From NCBI GenBank assembly GCA_964543655.1, contig CAZIZE010000015.1, positions 1 through 41,998 of the forward strand: a stretch of DNA of 41,998 nucleotides, read 5' to 3'. This stretch comes from an uncultured bacterium. Its GTDB lineage: Bacteria > DYJV01. The position numbers and the translations under genes are program-made. The notes below the pieces were generated by a model. That model was not told the DNA's origin and ran no database searches. It worked only from the letters and a program-made list of their open reading frames with translations. This document shows positions 38,247-41,998 of the stretch, in pieces. Positions within the stretch are counted from its first letter, which is position 1. Every line of letters begins with the position of its first letter.

Positions 38247-39128
38247 ATGGATATAAGCCTTAGATATTTAGAAATTTTTTCAGCTGTGGCAAAGTGGAAA
38301 ACCATTGGAAAAGCTGCAGAAGCGTTGTACCTTTCACAATCTGCTGTTAGTATGGGATTGTCTGAGCTTGAAAAAAGACTTGGTGTAAAACTTTTTGATA
38401 GAGTTGGAAAAAAATTAATTTTAAATGATTATGGTGAGAAAGTTTTATATGAAACAAACATTATTTTAAAAAAAACAGAAGAATTAGCAAATATTTTTAA
38501 AACTACCTCTCTTTTTGGTTCCCTTTCTGTTGGTGGAACACAAACCATTGGGAACTATGTGTTGCCACAAATTGTGGGTAAATTTAAAACAGATTTTCCT
38601 GAAGTTGACCTTTCTTTAATTATTGATAATACAGAAAAAATTGTTGAAAAATTGGCAAACTTTGAAATAGATATTGCATTTGTTGAAGGTATTGTTTACA
38701 CAAAGTCAGTTGAAATTATACCATGGATTGAAGATGAAATTATTATTTTTGCATCAGCCAATAATAGTTTAAGTAAAAAAAAGAGAGTTACAGTTAAAGA
38801 TTTAGAGAGAGCCAGATGGATTTTAAGGGAGCAGGGTTCAGGTACAAGGGATATATTTGAAAAAACAATTTTTAAACGGGTTAAAAATATAGATGTATTC
38901 CTTGAGGTTAGTCAAGCTGAAGCTATTAAGTATCTTGTAGAGAAAAATATAGGCATAGGTGCGCTTTCTCTTCTCACATTAAAGAGAGAGTTGGAAGCAG
39001 GTACTTTAAAAAAATTAAATGTGCCTTTTAAAATTTTAAGAGATTTCAAAATTTTGATTCATAAGAAAAAATATAAAACTTCAATTTTAAAAGAGTTTTT
39101 AAAATATTCCACTATTATAAATCAATAA
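38247..39128 (+). CDS. LysR-family regulator (YeiE/CysL-like)
   Basis: HTH AAEALYLSQSAVS..LE..LGVKLFDR, TIGNYVLP, REQGSGTR. ATG 38247 is the more plausible start. Confidence 0.92.
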   Translation: MDISLRYLEIFSAVAKWKTIGKAAEALYLSQSAVSMGLSELEKRLGVKLFDRVGKKLILNDYGEKVLYETNIILKKTEELANIFKTTSLFGSLSVGGTQTIGNYVLPQIVGKFKTDFPEVDLSLIIDNTEKIVEKLANFEIDIAFVEGIVYTKSVEIIPWIEDEIIIFASANNSLSKKKRVTVKDLERARWILREQGSGTRDIFEKTIFKRVKNIDVFLEVSQAEAIKYLVEKNIGIGALSLLTLKRELEAGTLKKLNVPFKILRDFKILIHKKKYKTSILKEFLKYSTIINQ

Positions 39129-39173
39129 AATGTCTCTTTTTTCTCTTTTCTTGACAATATTGATTTTTTTATA

Positions 39174-39191
39174 TAAATGAATATTCATTCA
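39174..39191. promoter_or_regulatory. palindromic operator resembling the B. subtilis FadR(YsiA) TetR-family box
   Basis: TAAATGAATATTCATTCA, between a TTGACA (39151-39156) and the SD of a beta-oxidation gene pair. Confidence 0.6.
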
Positions 39192-39207
39192 GAAAAGGAG
39201 GGTAAAA

Positions 39208-40365
39208 ATGCAATATGATTTAAATGAAGAGCAAAAACTTTTAAAAGAGACTGTTCGTAGAATTGCAAAGGATAAAGTTTCGCCAGGAGCAATTGAAAGA
39301 GATGAAAAAGGGGAATTCCCCTGGGATATGGTAAAAATTTTAAGTGAAAATGGTTTGTTTGGAATAGATTTTCCAGAGAAATATGGTGGTAGTGGTGCTG
39401 GTATGCTATCTTTTTGTATTGCAGTAGAAGAGCTTTCCAAAGCAGATGCAGCAGTTGGTGTACTATTGTTGATTCAGGAGCTTGGAACTTTACCCATTAT
39501 GCTTGCAGGCTCTGAAAGGTTAAAAGAAAAATATCTCCCAGCTCTTGCAGAAGGAAAGGCGCTTGCTGCTTTTGGTCTTACTGAAACTTCTGGTGGTTCA
39601 GATGTTGCAGGTTTTAAAACAAGAGCAATTAAAGATGGAGATAGTTATATTTTAAACGGTAATAAGATTTTTATCTCAAATGGTTCAGTTGCTGATATTG
39701 TAACTGTTTATGCTATAACAGATCAAGAAAAGGGAGCATATAAAGGTGCGAGTATTTTTGTTGTTGAAAAAGGTACCCCGGGATTTTCAGTTGGTAAAAA
39801 GGAAAATAAAATGGGGTTGAGAGCTTCGGATACTGCTGAACTTATTTTTGAAGATTGTAGAATTCCTGCTGAAAACCTTGTTGGTATTGAAGGTCAGGGA
39901 TTTCATATTACAATGAAAACTCTTGATCTTACAAGGCCAGGTGTTGGGGCACAGGCTCTTGGTGTTGCTGCAGGAGCATTTGAGTATGCAACAAATTATG
40001 CAAAAGAAAGGTATGTGTTTGGAAAGCCAATAATTAAGCATCAGGGAATTGGGTTTATGCTTGCTGATATGGCAATTGAAATAGAAGCAGCAAGGCAGCT
40101 TGTTTATAAAGCTGCATCATCTCTGGAAAAGCTCCCAAAAGATATGACAAAGCTTTCAAAAGAAGAGATAATGCTCTCTGCAATGAGTAAGACTTTTGCT
40201 TCTGATGTTGCAATGAAAGTTACAACTGATGCAGTTCAGGTTCTTGGAGGCTATGGTTATATTAAAGAATATCCTGTTGAAAAAATGATGAGAGATGCAA
40301 AAATTACTCAAATTTATGAAGGAACAAATCAGATTCAGAGATTAATTATTATGAATAATCTATAG
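39208..40365 (+). CDS. acyl-CoA dehydrogenase (short/medium chain type)
   Basis: [47 protein letters not shown]. Confidence 0.93.
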   Translation: MQYDLNEEQKLLKETVRRIAKDKVSPGAIERDEKGEFPWDMVKILSENGLFGIDFPEKYGGSGAGMLSFCIAVEELSKADAAVGVLLLIQELGTLPIMLAGSERLKEKYLPALAEGKALAAFGLTETSGGSDVAGFKTRAIKDGDSYILNGNKIFISNGSVADIVTVYAITDQEKGAYKGASIFVVEKGTPGFSVGKKENKMGLRASDTAELIFEDCRIPAENLVGIEGQGFHITMKTLDLTRPGVGAQALGVAAGAFEYATNYAKERYVFGKPIIKHQGIGFMLADMAIEIEAARQLVYKAASSLEKLPKDMTKLSKEEIMLSAMSKTFASDVAMKVTTDAVQVLGGYGYIKEYPVEKMMRDAKITQIYEGTNQIQRLIIMNNL

Positions 40366-40395
40366 ATTTTAGCTATAAAGAATCAGGAGGGAAAA

Positions 40396-41592
40396 ATGAA
40401 AAATAAAAATGATGTTGTTGTGGTAGCAGCTGCAAGAACTCCTATTGGGAAATTTGGTGGAATTTTTAAAGATTTAAAGGCGTCCCACCTTGCAGCAATA
40501 TTGCTTGAAAATATTGTTAGAAAAGTTGATTTAGATAAAAATCTAATAGATGATATTATCTTAGGTGACTGTGTACAGCACCCTGCTGAGGCAAATACTG
40601 CAAGGACAGCAATGCTATTAGCAAAATTTCCAGTTGAAGTACCTGCATGTACAATTCAAAGGCAATGTTCATCAGCAATGCAAGCTGTTGAGCTTGGTTT
40701 TTTAAAAATTATTAATAAAGATGCTGAAATTGTTATTGCTGGTGGTGTAGAATCTATGAGCAGTGCACCTTTTTATGTAGATGGTGCACGATGGGGATTG
40801 AGATTGCAGCATGGTGAATTTACAGATACTATGTGGGAAATGTTGTTTTCTGGTAGTAGGATTTTAGGTGAACCAATGATTATGGGGCAAACTGCTGAAA
40901 ATTTAGCTGAAAAATATGGTATAAATAGAGAAGAGCAGGATGAGGTAGCTCTCAGAAGCCATAATAATGCTGAGCAAGCTACTATTTCTGGAAAATTTAA
41001 AGATGAGATTATCCCTGTGAAAATAAGTAAGAAAGGGAAAGAATTAATATTTGATACAGATGAACATATAAGATTTGGCTTGAAAATGGAAGATTTATCA
41101 AAGTTAAAACCAGTTTTTAAAAAAAATGGCACTGTTACAGCTGGGAATTCTTCCGGACTGAATGATGGAGCAGCTCTTTTAATTTTAATGACAAGAAGCA
41201 AAGCTGAAGAAATGGATTTGAAGCCAATTGCAAAAATTGTTAGTTTTTCAGTTGCTGGAGTTGACCCTAAAATTATGGGTTTTGGCCCCGTTCCAGCAAC
41301 AGAAAAATTATTGAAAAAAACAGGAATTTCATTAAATGATTTAGGTTTAATAGAGTTAAATGAGGCTTTTGCCGCACAATATCTTGCATGTGAAAAAGCT
41401 CTTAATTTAAATAGAGAAATAGTTAATGTTAATGGAAGTGGAATTGGTTTAGGTCATCCTGTTGGTTGTACAGGAGCAAGGATAATGGTTTCACTTATTT
41501 ATGAAATGAAAAGGAGGAATATAGAATTAGGACTTGCTTCTTTATGTGTTGGTGGTGGAATGGGTATGTCTGTTGTAATTGAAAATGAGTAG
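40396..41592 (+). CDS. thiolase (acetyl-CoA C-acetyltransferase)
   Basis: IQRQCSS, NEAFAAQ, GHPVG, LCVGGG. Confidence 0.93.
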   Translation: MKNKNDVVVVAAARTPIGKFGGIFKDLKASHLAAILLENIVRKVDLDKNLIDDIILGDCVQHPAEANTARTAMLLAKFPVEVPACTIQRQCSSAMQAVELGFLKIINKDAEIVIAGGVESMSSAPFYVDGARWGLRLQHGEFTDTMWEMLFSGSRILGEPMIMGQTAENLAEKYGINREEQDEVALRSHNNAEQATISGKFKDEIIPVKISKKGKELIFDTDEHIRFGLKMEDLSKLKPVFKKNGTVTAGNSSGLNDGAALLILMTRSKAEEMDLKPIAKIVSFSVAGVDPKIMGFGPVPATEKLLKKTGISLNDLGLIELNEAFAAQYLACEKALNLNREIVNVNGSGIGLGHPVGCTGARIMVSLIYEMKRRNIELGLASLCVGGGMGMSVVIENE

Positions 41593-41598
41593 ATTTGT

Positions 41599-41647
41599 GG
41601 GTTCGAAATTGTATCGAGCTGATACAGTTTTGTGCCCTTTCTTTTTT
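41599..41647 (+). terminator. intrinsic terminator after the thiolase
   Basis: GGG...TGTATC-GAGCT-GATACA...CCC stem followed by TTTCTTTTTT. Confidence 0.7.
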
Positions 41648-41830
41648 CTGTAATCCCTTTCGTTAGTCTAACCTATTTAAAATACATTAAATATCTTTTT
41701 TCTCCATTATGGAATAGCTATCAGAATTATAGTGGCTCTTTTAATTTTAATTAAAAATAGGTTGACTTAAAGTGATAAAACCATTAAATATTAAAAGAGC
41801 TTTGCAGAGCAAAAATGGTAAAAATTAATA

Positions 41831-41955
41831 TAATACAAACCAACCTTGAAGCAAGAAATTTTTCGGGCTAATGCCCTCAAAATGACAGCTTTTATGGGAA
41901 ATAGAAGCACCTGTGTAAAAAATTGCTGTTGGATTTTACATTTGGTTTTGTATTA
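41831..41955. repeat. ~125-bp structured element with terminal inverted repeats, copy 2
   Basis: TAATACAAACCAA...TTGGTTTTGTATTA; same orientation as the copy at 18672-18794, with about 14 differences counted by eye. Confidence 0.85.
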
Positions 41956-41987
41956 TTTATGGTAACAAAATTTGGCAAAGGAGCGAT

Positions 41988-41998
41988 ATGAAGTATAA
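41988..41998 (+). CDS. probable start of the next gene (truncated by the window end)
   Basis: AAGGAG SD followed by ATG AAG TAT. Confidence 0.45.

Noticed and set aside
26578-40365. Assigning the acyl-CoA dehydrogenases at 26578 and 39208 as cyclohexanecarboxyl-CoA or cyclohexenecarboxyl-CoA dehydrogenases
   Set aside because: Both keep the standard (F/Y)EG catalytic Glu rather than the YTG motif I recall for those enzymes; the substrate cannot be assigned.
701-41201. Many short antisense or alternate-frame ORFs in the track (e.g. 19444..20013, 25690..26199, 40773..41201)
   Set aside because: They lie within well-supported genes and show no motifs; they are shadow ORFs.

Overview
A strongly AT-rich bacterial window from what looks like a strict anaerobe. 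It has no rRNA, tRNA, CRISPR array or transposase. (1) 0.3-18.6 kb is an anaerobic benzoyl-CoA degradation island: two different glutaryl-CoA dehydrogenase types, a PAS-sigma54 activator, thiolase, SDR, bamR-bamQ-bamA (dch/had/oah), and the convergent class II (tungsten) benzoyl-CoA reductase operon bamB-C-D-fdhD-bamE-bamF, with no bamGHI. (2) 18.9-27.7 kb: stand-alone IMP-cyclohydrolase domain, purD, a small membrane protein, a cNMP-CBS-nucleotidyltransferase (DUF294-type) protein, a DEDDh exonuclease, an Acs-like protein with a degenerate P-loop, FabH and an acyl-CoA dehydrogenase. (3) 27.7-32.3 kb: metal-binding protein, HMG-CoA-lyase-like protein, gcdA, enoyl-CoA hydratase. (4) 32.8-39.1 kb: a Tat-exported polysulfide/thiosulfate-reductase-like A-C-B operon, a small TPR protein ending GGGC, a secreted rhodanese and a LysR. 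(5) 39.2-41.6 kb: acyl-CoA dehydrogenase and thiolase. Four ORFs that the ORF track splits or truncates are single frames with one in-frame TGA followed by a SECIS-like hairpin: bamF, bamE, psrA-like and, unexpectedly, the DUF294-type signalling protein, which is a candidate new selenoprotein. Five sigma54 promoters are visible, four with neighbouring 18-bp TGT-N12-ACA-type sites. A ~125-bp structured element with terminal inverted repeats occurs twice (18.7 kb and 41.9 kb). Family assignments come from motif recognition and recalled sequences; no searches were run.
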